From the NCBI GenBank assembly GCA_051362555.1, contig CM120644.1, positions 13,786,567 to 13,850,566 of the forward strand: DNA of 64,000 bases, given 5' to 3'. Positions 13,018 through 26,623 of this stretch are shown here, in pieces. The first letter of the stretch is position 1. Every line of letters starts with the position of its first letter. The stretch comes from Lingula anatina. Lineage: Eukaryota > Animalia > Brachiopoda. A program made the translations under genes and the position numbers. The notes below the pieces were generated by a model. That model saw only the letters and a program-made list of their open reading frames with translations. It did no database searches and had not been told where the DNA came from.

Positions 13018-15434
13018 AAAGTGCCCCACAAATTACCTAATTTACAGGAAATTTATTCGTTTGCTCTTGATTTTTTTATTATTATTATGAAATTTCATTT
13101 TATCCTCTTATATTCCAATCGAACATATTCGGCTTCATGTTCCCAAACTCTGCCTTGTGAAATTTTGCTTTAAACTAATGTCATTTGTTCTGAAAAATAA
13201 ATTCAAAGTAAGGACCGGCACATAAAATAATTTTTTTGAATCGGTGGTTGTTGAGTAGAGACATCGAAAATCAGTTTCACATACTTATTGCTTTCGGTTT
13301 CTATTTAGTCGCTTCCAGGTTAGAAAAAAGTTATTACGTATCTCCAGTGTATAACAGGTGACTCTGTTATCCCGTAGGACAAAGTAGTTCAGTCGACATA
13401 GTCACGATGTTAAATCTATTAAAGAATGTGTCTGTTGGTCAGATACTGTACTAGTATTCGGACACTGTTGATTTTGTCATGTAAATTCAATTTAGTTAAG
13501 ATTTTGTGTTATTAATATCATATTAGGTGCTTCGAAATTATAACATTCTTTAACACATGGATATCGATTATTTCAGTACTTGTATGACCATGTAGGATCA
13601 TCACTTAAATGTTTATTGGAATTTTGCTTTGGGAGATTTTATTCTTTCATATTTATGAATGCTTTTTTGATTAGTCTTAAATGATCGCTCAGTAGATCTA
13701 TCCGGTCGCAGTCATCTATACAACTGCCTTGTTTTCAATATGAAAAAATCAGAATTGTCAAAGTTGTGAAATCAGAAAATATATAATCAGGATTACAGAA
13801 TACTGGGATTTCTATTTTTCTTTCATATCTTTTCGCGCGGGATGTAGGTAGGAGTTGGATGAGCTCGGCCAATAATACATGGTTGGTCATTTAATTCATG
13901 GCCATCGGCATAACAAAAAAGGGAAATATTATCCAAATTCGTTTTTGCCCGCACACTCACACTGTTCGTCTGTGTACCGGAATTTTCATGTTTTTAAAAA
14001 GTATAACGATCTAGATGAACGCATTATCTTGCTTGTTTTTCACTCAGTGTATGCGTCGAATGTGCCGGGAGCAATGCTTTTATACACCAAAATCTTTGGA
14101 AAACATCCCATCTTTTTTCGTAGCGTTTTAAGTCCATTATTGATAAAAACAGATCCAACACCTGCGCCCTCCTTGTGTTTTTCAAGCGTTCGTCTGTCGC
14201 TTTCTAGAAAAGTCTCTCAGGAAATAAAACACGCAAAGATGTAATAAATATGTAGGCCTTCTGGACGTGTTTTACCCATAAGGCAAGTTCTGTAATTTAT
14301 TAACTTAGTGAGAGAATACACTTATCCCTAATTTTTCCTATATTTTAATAAATGAATCTAACTATACATATGAGGGTGGGGTGGGGTGAGTTGGGTAGGG
14401 TGGGATGAAAGATTATAGCAGGCACAAATAGATTTGCAGGGGAATACAACGGTCTGTTTCACTGAAGAATTTAGGGACCATGCCCAGACCCTATCGTACT
14501 ATCAGGATCGATCTAACACCGAGGGAATTCTCGCTAAATTGCATTTAGTTTAAGCGGTCTAAATGTCTGTCACGTCCACTGTATCTGCTAGCCGTAGCTA
14601 ATTAATTTTTCGCGCACGCTTAAACTAAATGCAATTTAACAAGCAACCCCTCGGTCCCTTAATCCCAGATATTAGATTCTAAACTTCCAGACCTTAAATT
14701 TGGTAAATCCCAGTTTAACATCAATTCATAGTAATCCAATCGAATAAAGTAAGTATTGCTTTGAATCATTAACCACGCCCGTTTTAGTTATGGACAGAAT
14801 TGCCTAAAACTTTGGTCTAATTTTTTTTTTTTTTTTTTTTTTTTTGTGGAGAAGGCTCCAGTAATGCATGTGTCACGCCCATTTTAATTTCACGAAAGCT
14901 TCTCCATTCTCCCCTCGATTCTTTTTGTAAAACAATTTTGGATCTGCCAATATTATACAACTATTCACTTTCAACACATATGCTTCATAGTAAATAGTCC
15001 ATTCAACATATGAGATAAGTGGCCAGATACCCTATCTATTCCACACCCTGACACTTAGAGTTTATTGGGGGCCAACTACTATTACCAACATGCCTCTGAC
15101 GATACTGGCAACCACAGTGAGAGTGTACGTCATCAGTTTCCAGCGATAGTTGAAATTCAGGGTGTTTCAACATTGTGAAATAGCTCCAAACAGAAAATGA
15201 TTTTTGAGGAAACACGATTCTAAGATCTTCACAGCAAATGAATATTTTCAAGGACTGTGATTTGGGCAATTGGCATTGGCATTGGCAGGATTCGAACCTG
15301 TCTCTCTTTCCCTTTGTCCTCACCGTGTTCGCCCCATGATAACCCACTGTCACGGGGGTTTTATCACGTGTCCTTTCAAATCACAAATTCACAGGCAGGA
15401 CACAAATGGTAACACGTCCAGAAAACCGCCCAAA

Positions 15435-17228
15435 ATGGCTTCCTGCAACTCTGCCAGTACTGCAGGTTTTGTGTTAGTGCCGTACCTGCTACTGCTTTGT
15501 TTTGGCGGCGGCGCTACGTTAAAATGTACGAAGACGGGACCGTGCAGTTGTTCCAGTAGTGAAGGCGACATTGATCTTTCGCCTTTGGCTAACTCAGACG
15601 GATCACCCAGGTGAGTGCTAGCTACCTAGCTAGGAGGTTCGTGTTTAAAAAGTTCATAGCAAAGTATCCGTATGCGATATATGACTTAAAACATGGACCA
15701 GTGGTACCTTCTACAAGGGCGACAGATTGATTTTTCACAGATATTCACAGATGTGTCTCTAGATAAATAGACAGTCATTTGGCTCTGTGTAGATTTTTTC
15801 CGTTTTTCCCTATATAATCTGCCACCCTGGTAGAGTGTAGACCAGTGGTAGAGGCTGATCCCATATTGGCATAGGCCTCCAAGATTGGCCATATTTCTGA
15901 ACTGACTTTCGAATTTTCTCTGTGTCCTGATGTTCGGGAGTAGCCTGCTCGTTTAAATAATTTGGATTCATCGAGCCATTCTATTGATCAATGATCGATA
16001 TTAGTCCAGATAAATTGACACAAAATTTTGTTGATTTTTCTGTCATTTTACTTTTATTTAATGGTGAAAAATAATTGTCTATCTCTTCTAGACAGAAAAA
16101 GATATACATGTAAATACAAAAGGCGGGAGGTTCCTAGAAAGCCTTTAAGAAATAACGGTGTGTACATTTTAGAATTTTTTTTATTTTAGTGAAACAAACT
16201 CACAATTACTGTTTGAAGGAGTTGAGGGTGCTGGGGTGGACGGGTGTTATGGAGTATGCATTTCCCCACCATCACGACTTATCTATAACGACAATATCTA
16301 TAACACGTAGACCATCACACGTTTATAACGTGCTGGTATCTCCCAACATTGTATACTGATACTAGCAACAACTGATAACGCTGTGTTATGAATGTATATC
16401 AGATCAAATATCTAATCATATAACGTCAGACCTTCGTGTTTCAGATTCAAGGACGTTGCGCCAACGGCCCCTGCTGATTACGCCGTCTATTCCTGGAACC
16501 CATGTACGGATTTCACAGAGCCGGTTCAATCTTCCAATGCTGTTTGCAACAACATCGCGGTAAGCTTGCTTCTATGTATCGTGGCTTTACTTCATTTCAA
16601 TTTATATTGATTGTAAACATGAAAATGTACCTGAATGGAAGAAAATTGAAGATACTATGTAGTCGCTTTATTTATTAATTTTTTTTTTTTACATTTTTCA
16701 TAATCATTTATTATTATTATTTCTCGGCAATGCCTCATATATTTTATATACAATAACATTTTTATCAATCATTCAATCTAGACACGGATACTAGTGTATT
16801 TTACTGCTGACGATAAAAATTGACATTTTGAACTCAGAAAAAAAATATTTATAGATTGTTACTTCCTTAGTTGTTTTGAGAAAGGATTTGCCTTTTAATT
16901 AAAATTCCTAATTAGGAAGTTTTTTTTTTTAATTTTGAAGAATTTATTATTTTAGTTTAATTTGCTGTACGAAGTTGTAACGCATATTGTATCCCTTTAT
17001 GTAGACAATGTGCGCACACGATAAGATAAGATATGATAAAACACCGGTGTTGTCTTTACAAGCGTGTCCTTACATGTATATCCTCATTGTTATTTTTATT
17101 TTAGTTTATAAACTGTTGTTCTTGAGAAATGTGATGTATGGTGAAAAAACGTGTAAGGGTCGGGGTATGGGTCTACCCATATCACAATAAAAATGATATT
17201 CTATGCAACAGCGCACTGCACAGTCAGA

Positions 17229-17273
<45 letters not shown>

Positions 17274-18552
17274 CTCACCATTTAATCCTAAATATTAAAG
17301 TATTCACCTAACCGTTTCCTCCCTAGGTATGTCAAATCTATGGGTCAGGCACATCGTACACTTATGGCTACTCTCTTGGAAAGCAGGAATCTGCAACCTT
17401 CACCAATGACGACGCTGGACAGGTGGTTTTAACTTACACTGACACAGGTTCAAACAGGTAAAGTTACTGTTTTCTACCACAATAGATGCGCCACTGGTCG
17501 GAGAAATGCTCGTGAAGCACGTGTGGATGTCTCATGCAGCTTGTTGATGAGTGGTGTGTATAGCTTATTCTACAAATGATGTTGAGCACACAAGGCTTAG
17601 ATGTGGTTGTTTAATTTAATTTTTAATTATTCACGCGTAGTGAGTGTACTGTATATGTGTTAATCTACTCTACGCAAGGAGGAGGTGTGTCAGTTTGTAT
17701 CTGATTGCATTCAGCGATCAGAGTGCCCGTGGAGTTGGTGTGCATATAAGCTAGGTCGACATAAATCATTCTGAACGGTCCCTTAGCTTTTGGTAAGGCT
17801 TACAGATGCCAAAAACAACTTAAGACTTAAAAACGTAAATAAAACCTGAGTAGAATTGCTTGTATAACTGAACAGCCTATTTGTTTCAGATTGCCTTCAA
17901 TTCAATTTGTTTGTAAAATTATATTTATTTTTTCGATAGGAATGCCAAATTCACGCTGATATGTGACAGAAACGTCGATTCAAAGCTTGACGTCATAGGC
18001 GAAGATCAAAATAATATAAATGTCCACGTGAGTTGATGTGGGGCCTAAATTATTATATTATTTCCATTTAATTCCGACTTAAAAAATACTTTAAAAAGAC
18101 ATAACTACGTTACTGAATCAAAGTGCTTTTATTTTGTATATCTTATCATAGATTATTGTCATTCAAAATATTCCCTGAACATGATTTAATCTGTATTCGA
18201 CGTGGGCACTTGTGGGCCTTGCGTCATAAGCTGTGTGTTGCGTGAAGTGAGCAATATAGTACATGTACATGTATACGGCTAAGTGAACTACTACATAATT
18301 ATATTGTAGAAAGTTTGATTTTAAAAAAAGAAATAAAGAAGCAATTAGTAATAAGACAATTAAACATAAAGAGACAAAAGACGTTTTATAACTGAAACGG
18401 AAAAGGGAAAGAGAAACGTTTTAGCGTGACCATTTTTTTTATCACTGCAGACATTCAAACTTACCACCAAATACGCATGCGTAGGCAAAAGTGGACTGAG
18501 CGGGGGAACCATTCTGATTATAATGTGAGAGCTTACTATTTATAATAATAAA

Positions 18553-18588
<36 letters not shown>

Positions 18589-19681
18589 GTGAATATATTT
18601 ATGAATTGAAATGGTATCCTTATTACGAGTTTCCAATTCCAACCATACCCCAGTCGTCATTTGTTGGAAGAGAATGTATTATTGGCAGCGGGTAAAACAG
18701 TTCTAGAAGTTCTTTGGATCGAAATTTTGGTATTTCGCAAAATTTGTGTCTTCACGTTGATTTGGCGATATGGCGTTAAGAGCTAGTTGGAAACTTGAAC
18801 AACCGTATATACACATTTATAGAAAGCTGCTTATGAAGCACAAACTTTGCTCTTTTTTTCTTTAATTGCAGACGCAATGGTGAATGGCGTAAGGAAATAA
18901 AGAATAAGAAAATCCGTCGCAAACACTTTTAAGTAAAAAGTACTTTCTCTATAAATTTGAAGCCTTTTTTGTTGTACTTTCAGATTTATCGTGGTGGCAT
19001 TTCTGTATTTTTTCCTTGGCATGTTTGTAATGGTGGCGTACTACAAGGCACGTGGTACTGACATGATCCCCAATAAAAACTTTTGGACGGGATTTCCATT
19101 TCTTGTGAAGGTAATGTAGATGTAATAGTAATGTGAGCATCAAACCACACCGTGAACAATTCAATTGAAATTCCCCTTGAGAAGTTTAGTATCATAAGAC
19201 CCTGTGGGTATGCGATTTTCTTTATCTTTTCCTTGTTAAGTTATGATTGGTATTTCATAGACATTTTATTGGAAACAGTAAGACCCACATTTGCTCATTG
19301 AAACAAGCTTCCTAAGAAATATTTTAACGCATTTCTTTTGTAAAAAAATAGTTTTCAAACGTGTAAATATTATATTTACCTTTCCCCCATGACCTCATCC
19401 CTGTATTTATCGGTCTATTTATCAAACTATCTATTTTAGTGTTTATTTATTTGTTGATTATTTATTTATCATTTATTAAGTCATCCATCTATTGTTTTCA
19501 ATAATTTACTTGTTATATTCATTCTATGTTATATCGCCAACATACACCAATTATTAAAAGCAATATTGTCGATAACTGCATTATCTTTGACAACATACTT
19601 GTAATTTTTGTTTTGCAGGACGGGTGCTTCTTCTTGTTCCGCGGGTGCAAATCCGGTCAGGGCTCATACCAAAAAGTATAA
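15435..19681 (+). CDS. Cation-dependent mannose-6-phosphate receptor / ATG27-like type I membrane protein (MRH domain), 257 aa
   Basis: Exons 15435-15610, 16445-16559, 17327-17457, 17940-18027, 18451-18524, 18984-19110, 19619-19681 total 774 nt, in frame. Signal peptide; IDLSPL, YSWNPC, AVCQ, LGKQ, FTLIC and TKYAC motifs; GLSGGTILII + TM helix; CD-MPR-like tail RGTDMIPNKNFWTGFPFLVKDGCFFLFRGC; terminal YQKV (YxxPhi sorting motif). Confidence 0.88.
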
Positions 19682-20204
19682 CGTCAACTGCAAAAACTAA
19701 GAGCCATTACACGTGTGCCCAGATCTATTTTTGAATTTGAAATTTAGGTTTAACTTATTTGCTTCCGGTACATTCGCTATGGTTATTCGCTGTAATTATC
19801 TTGAGGCAGACAGTGCAAGTCCAAAAAAAGATTTAAGAGGAGATGTCATCTGGATGTCTGAAAATCTTTATAAACTGTCCATATGATTGGACGAGAAGAC
19901 TGTTACTTAGCAACAAAGTAATGTTACCTAGCAACAATGGCCCTGAGTAACAATGGTGCCTAGCAAAGGTTACCAGTAGAGATGGGTCGACGTCATGTAT
20001 TGATTGATCAACTGCCTGAATAGCACTGTCATGTTTGTACCTTCAAAACAATGATTTTATTCATAATTCGCATGCATATAATTTGACAAAAAAATGATCG
20101 CTTTTCAATACAAAAGCAGTATATTTTACGTGCAAAATTCTCCTTGAAACATATTTTGTCGCCCTTTCGTTGGTTTTACGTTAAGTGAACAATTTCAGCT
20201 TTGT

Positions 20205-20236
<32 letters not shown>

Positions 20237-20470
20237 AATATCGAACTAAACGCTCTCCATTAGCAGTGTGTGTTAAGGTGTATGCAATTAGAATGACGTT
20301 TTTCTTGCTTAATGCTTAAATAATCCTTACCAGTGGCAAAATTACCACATTTAGATAAGCTACATATGCTTTTATACAACTGATGACAGATAAGAAGAAA
20401 TAAACTGCATGTACGGTATGAACGATGATAACTATGAAATAATGTTTGGCTGCTTAAGCCAAAAACGTCC

Positions 20471-23400
20471 CTATCTTAAGGGAAACCATCTTAAACGCCC
20501 CCTACGGGTCATGAAAATAAAGACAGCAAAAATAACTATGGCATCCAAATACATAACGTTATACATAAGTTGCTTAAAACAAGTCTCTGAATTTTGTGAG
20601 GCACGTGCTTGTAAGTCACGGTCACTTTGGCTCGCAAGTTTAACAACTGTACCTAGTTTTACTGGTTTGGAGTCACGTGGTTTCATATCCGGCCAGTAGC
20701 GATCCCACGTGGTTTTCAACTCGTATATCTCCATGGTTACAATATCCACGTCAGACCCAGAGACGTAGACATCAACACCATCGCTCGTCTCGTTTGGAAA
20801 AATCCTACTTGTTATAACTTGGCGCCCGTTGTTGGCAAAGAGTTCCACGGAGGACCAGTCCACGAAGATCCAAAGTTTTACGACGCCATTCTGTAAAACA
20901 ACTGGCGCGAGATCAACACGACTCATTTTCGGGTGCATGAAGCCAGACGACGTGCGGTCGATGTAAACAGATCTAGAGCTCTTCGTGTGCCTGTATCCGA
21001 TTCTTGTTTCTTCTTTGGCGCCTTTCATGACAATTATGCCGACGTCTTTTGTTCCAGCTTTGGGTCTTATTTCCGCCTTGATTTCCAGCAGCCGCCCCCG
21101 TAACGGCTGCTCGCTGAGCTTCTTTTGTACCTGACAATAGCAAACTTATTAAAACACATCAACATATTGAAGTCCTATGTATATTCGTAACGTGGGGTAT
21201 AATAATAATGATGGATAGTTTGAGTCATTGAATACATGGATAATACACGCTCAGCTGTCACCTTGATTGGATAGTAAACGGTTGTCGTAAAATCGCTAAA
21301 TGATATTAAAACCCGGTGCATAAACTTGAAAACCACCTAGGACAACCTTAGACTGCCACATTAATCCAATACAATGCAAAAATAAACTATAACAAGTGGT
21401 TAAAGCCTTCAAACCGAATGTCGTAAAGTCCCCATATACCTCCATAGAGACAATAAAATAGAGTAAGCTTGTGAAACAAGAATCCACCAACTTAAACATA
21501 ATAATCGAAATAAAATACTGCCGGGCAGCGGAGCGGTCTAAAACTTGGCACGCTTACCGCAAATACTGCAGGCTATATCATCCCGTCGCTCGTTTGTAAA
21601 TTCCGTGCATGGCATACGCACAATCAAACCGTAAATCAAAATTCCACCTCTGATGTTTATTTCGGTCCACTCTAACCTCCAATTAAGAAAAAGAAGCCAT
21701 GCCATTGGACAATACGACCTCTGCGGTTACGTCATTTCCTGAATTGGATTGTGGAGAGGACCGAAATAAACATCAGAGGTGGAATTTTGATTTACGGTTT
21801 GATTGTGCGTACATGTATGCCATGCACGGAATTTACAAACGAGCGACGGGATGATGTAGCCTGCAGTATTTGCGGTAAGCGTGCCAAGTTTTAGGCCGCT
21901 CCGATGCCCGACAGTATTTTATTTCGATTATTATGTTTAAGTTGGTGGATTCTTGTTTCACAATGCAATACTGACGATACATGATAGTTTCCTAATTGTA
22001 TTTTTTACCGGTCTGACTGTCTGTCCAGCTGTGTATCTGTGGGAAGCATAAATTGTATCTGCCTTTTCATCTGTATATCTGTGTTTTTTTGTTTTTGTTT
22101 TAAATTATTTTCGCCCTTAAGTCAGGGCACTTGTTTATCCACTCTCTCATCCATACAACCACTCCCCTATCCAACATTCCATCCATTCCATCCAACCATT
22201 TTAAGGATTTATGTAATAAAATAAGGACATGAAAAGAAAATATGATGTGATAAGCTATTTCGATATGCAACATAGTGATATATCTTGGCTGGTTTTAAAA
22301 TAAGATGGGCACGTTCCTGTCACCCCCACACATATCCGCAACCTTAAACAACTTACACTGGCAATATCCGTGTTGGTGACTTCCAACGTTTTCTTCACAC
22401 GCAGCATCTCCATCTCTTTAATGGGCCTCTGAACCAGCAACACCTCGTTGTTTTCTCTCTCGAGGAAGAGCTCCCTGATCATGCTCTGAGCTCCAATGAA
22501 GGGTGTGGTGGGTATGGACGAACAGGTCTCCCAGACACTAAAGATAGGAGTAAGACCTCGTTCACATTCAAATATTATACCAGCTGGATCGATCCAACCC
22601 TGCGGGGATTCTCGTTTAATTGCATTTAGTGTAATCAGTTTAAATATCTGACGCGCCTCCTTGAATAGCTAGGGGATAATTAATTGTTGTGTGCGCTAGG
22701 CTGAATTACCCCCTAGCAGCTCGAAGAGGCGTGTCAGAAGTTTAAGCCGATCACAGTGATAACACTTACCCTCTACCAGGGTGACAGATTGATTTCCCAC
22801 AGATATGCACAGATATGTCTCTAGATAAATAGACGGCCATGTTGGTCTGTTGTCAACAACAGGTAGAGGGTAGATAACACTTATGGAGAATCTCCAAAAA
22901 GAGTTGGATTACAAGTACAGGTACATTGGTTGGGTCACGCACAAGGATAAAAGATTATGCAAAACATATGACGGTTACAATTTAACTATAACAACAAAAT
23001 AATATGCAGTGTTTTGTCTCGTTTTTTTTATTTTTTAAAAATTATTTATTCATTTATTTATTTTGGGGGGGGGGTATTTAAAACGTATAGGGAGCGGCTT
23101 TCATACCGATAAGCGTCCGCTATGCACTCTCTAGAATTCGCCCATGATATACTGAACCTACCACATCCAGGCAATGTATAGCCGCCTATTGTCTATGTGA
23201 TTGTTCCAGGTATTGCCGGCTGTAAAGTCTTGACCGTAGTCCATCAACTTTGCTTTAGGCTTGTCGGACTTGTAGCTAGTTCCATCAAATTCACCTATAA
23301 ATATTATTTGTTTCAATCAAGCAGTGTTATGCAATATGAATTGCAGCCCAAATGCAATACATCACAAAACAATTCACATTTTTGCCCTTAAAATTAATTT

Positions 23401-24853
23401 TGATTGATTGTAATTATTATTTATGTTTTCTGTGCTATTAATTAACTTATCTGTATGGGAATCTGCCCTTATAAACCTCCATAAGACGAAAACAATATCC
23501 GTCAATTAACAGTTCTCATGAACATAAAAAACACTCCATATAAGCTGGCAGTAAATACTAGTATTAAGGTAAATTAAAAAGTTGACGTTAAGGGTGTAAT
23601 AAGCATTAAGCACACACACGAACTTCAACACATACACACATATAACTGTTCAAAATTATTTTAAAAAAATTTAATATGAACTGATTTTCAAAATAAGATC
23701 TTATAATTATTAAAAATTAGTTAAATTTAAAATGCATAAAAGATTAAAGGGTTATATTCTTAGCGTCTACGCTCATTTGATGTGATTTGGATCAATTTCG
23801 CTCACCGTTCTTGACTTTCCTGAATCTCGGGAAACTGCTGTCTGCTACTTTCTAAATATTTTACCCTTTTTACAAGTTCACATACCTACAAAATACAGCA
23901 CAGATCTTCTTGGCACGGATCCAATCCCTGTCACCACTGGCACCACCCACTTTTTAGTATTCTCTCCTTCGATTGGTAGCTGAAACAAGTCAGGACACTC
24001 CCACTCCTTATTTGGAATTGTCCCATCTGGTCCCATCTCACTCAAGTGCGTCCAGTTTTTTAGATTTGGCGATGAGTAGAAATGAAAGCGAATTCTTCCT
24101 TGCGCTTGGGCTACGGCCATGATCCACCGTTTTGTCGGTTCGTACCAAAATACTTTCGGATCTCGGAAATGGGTGTGGCCGTTGCTAAGCACCGGGTTAT
24201 TGACATACTTGGTCCATGTCATACCTCCATCTAAACTATAGGATAATCGTTCGTCCGCCGCATGTGTGTACCTAAGATCCGAAAGTATGCATTATGATAT
24301 CCCTCTGATATAAAGGGCCTCTAAAATACATGTAGTAAAATGTACAAAATTTAAGTACAATGTATTTTGCAGCAGACAACTAGCGCACCCTGTGGTCAGA
24401 GAGTAGCATTAAGGGACACAGTACGCCAGAGATCTTGGGGCGGTAAATTTTCCTGGAATATTCATCACTTGCATAGTAAAAAAGAGGTTGTTAACTTTTC
24501 TTTATAAATAACTTCTGTATATAAAGGTTTTAAGTGCATTGAATGTATTCAAATGGTTTTACGTACCACTTTTGCCATCTTTGAATTCTGAGCTACATGT
24601 ACCTGTATACGTAATAATTCTTTTATGCACATCTAAATTGACCATTTATATGCCAGGTTTAAAAGGTGAAATGATACCAAACTATTGTTGTTTATCGTTT
24701 TGTTAATTTACTTTGTGTTTGGATCTGGAACCGCAACAGTCAAATTTTTAATTTCAAAATGATAACCTTAAACTAGAGTCTGGTTTTTCTAATTAACAAG
24801 TCAAGGAACGTACCAAATAGAAGCTGGTACAGAAATTGCTCATTTGCAAAAAA

Positions 24854-24885
<32 letters not shown>

Positions 24886-25204
24886 ATTGAAAAAAAAAAA
24901 TTGAAAAAATAAAAATAAAAAAGAAGATAATGAAAATCTGAAGAAAAGAGATCGCGATATTCATGTAATATTTACTTTTCATTTGACCTACCAATTGTCT
25001 CCAGCAAAAACAGCCACCAGGGGGACAGCACCATTGCAAGAAAAGCCAGTGGTATTGTGCACATCCACCACCGTACTTCCGCTGTATGCAACCACGCCTA
25101 CGGTCTCGGGAATGGCCAGCGGCCAGTGATCCCAGTGAATTAAATCATCGCTGACCGCATGACCCCAGCTGGTGTACCTGTTGGGTTTTACCCCTGTAAT
25201 TAAA

Positions 25205-25265
<61 letters not shown>

Positions 25266-26623
25266 TTTATACTGTATTTAACCTTTGCTTAGAATTCTAC
25301 ATAGGAGCCTAGTAAATGACTTGTTGGGCCGCTTTATTGGGGAGGTGCATTTTAGAATTTTAAATGCGCAGTTACCGGTTAAACTGATACAATATACGTG
25401 TACTGTATGTGTCACGTCTAAATGCACATCAATCTGATTATATTGTCATAACTCATAACGATCTGATCAAGTTGAAGACAACAGCAACGTTATCGAAGGA
25501 TTATATTATTTATATCATACCGGATTAAACTGAAGATAAATCATATATTATCACATGCAAATGTCACAAACCGGATAACTGGTAAAATGTGAACACTTAC
25601 CAACCGGATCATATTGATAAAACAAATGCCATTTCCCGCCATACGCTACCAGGCCACACGGATCGTTCATCATATTCACTTCGGCTGTAAAGTGGTACTG
25701 AGGACGCCACTGCTCATGATAGAGCTTGGTCTTGACTTTACTTCCTAAATTATAAATAAAATTGCTTATTTTATTTCAGCGGTATTGATGATCGAGTCCG
25801 AAATTTTCTGCAGGGCCTGTCACGAATTGGTGAAATAGAAGATAATAGATATTGAACGTTTGGATATATAAAGTGTCGCCTAAGATATAAGAGTGTCGCC
25901 TAAAGGTACGACATTTTTTGTATAATATATTATAAAGCCACACACAGTAAAAATCTTTTTAATATTATAGAATTTTTAACTTTGGCTTTGGCCAATATGT
26001 TGTTTTGCAGGCCTCAGAAAAATCATATCGCCCGAGGTGCACTTAAAAGTCCAGATTACATATCTTGTATTATAAAGCTTATACGGGTATCTAATATAAC
26101 ATCAACATATAACATTCAATACAGATTTTTCATGGATCCTTTTCCATCCCCCCCCCCCCAAGTAAGATCAAAAGGACTGAAGAACTAGCAAATATCGGGA
26201 GGACCAAAAACAATACTAATTTTTAAAATTTGATTACTTTAACAGTTCACACGCATTTGAAATAATTTCATAATTTTTTGAAACATTGGTCAACCATTAA
26301 ATGTTAAACGGTTTTGATATGATCATTAAAACAAAGACACATGCTGCAGTGTCACAACCTGTCAGGAGTCACATAGGCCTACATGGTATTTTTGACTTGC
26401 GTTTTTTTTTTAAATATTTGTGAAATTTTCAGTATTTATTAAAGACATCATTTTCCTATAATATCCCAAATTATCTCAAAAAATGTTGAAGTTTTTGAAC
26501 TTTTAAATAAGTAACTTTTTTGAACTACCCGATATTCTGTATCAACGTGCAGGACCTACCTTCTGGATAAACATCTTTGAAAAGAACAAAAACCAAAACA
26601 AGCAGACGTCTGCGGTAATCCAT
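20471..26623 (-). CDS. Glycoside hydrolase family 32 (levanase/beta-fructofuranosidase-like), signal peptide + C-terminal TM helix, 589 aa
   Basis: Exons 26560-26623, 25601-25744, 24992-25193, 23886-24271, 23162-23294, 22357-22537, 20471-21130 total 1770 nt, all GT-AG, in frame. Motifs: [15 protein letters not shown] (nucleophile Asp), [48 protein letters not shown], and beta-sandwich [15 protein letters not shown]. Confidence 0.93.
21469..21963. mobile_element. Foldback element: ~205-bp near-perfect inverted arms with ~80-bp spacer, in the last GH32 intron
   Basis: TTGTGAAACAAGAATCCACCAAC...ATTTCGGTCC (21469-~21670) is mirrored by GGACCGAAAT...GTTGGTGGATTCTTGTTTCACAA (~21755-21963). Confidence 0.85.
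22769..22870. mobile_element. TA-TSD MITE family (CCCTCTACCAGGG ... GGTAGAGGG) nested in another MITE
   Basis: Shared internal CAGATATGTCTCTAGATAAATAGAC. Relatives at ~15705-15838, ~27215-27272 and ~41325-41448. Confidence 0.7.

Noticed and set aside
20471-26623. GH32 as bacterial contamination
   Set aside because: It has six phase-consistent GT-AG introns that contain host MITE families, and it is contiguous with metazoan genes.
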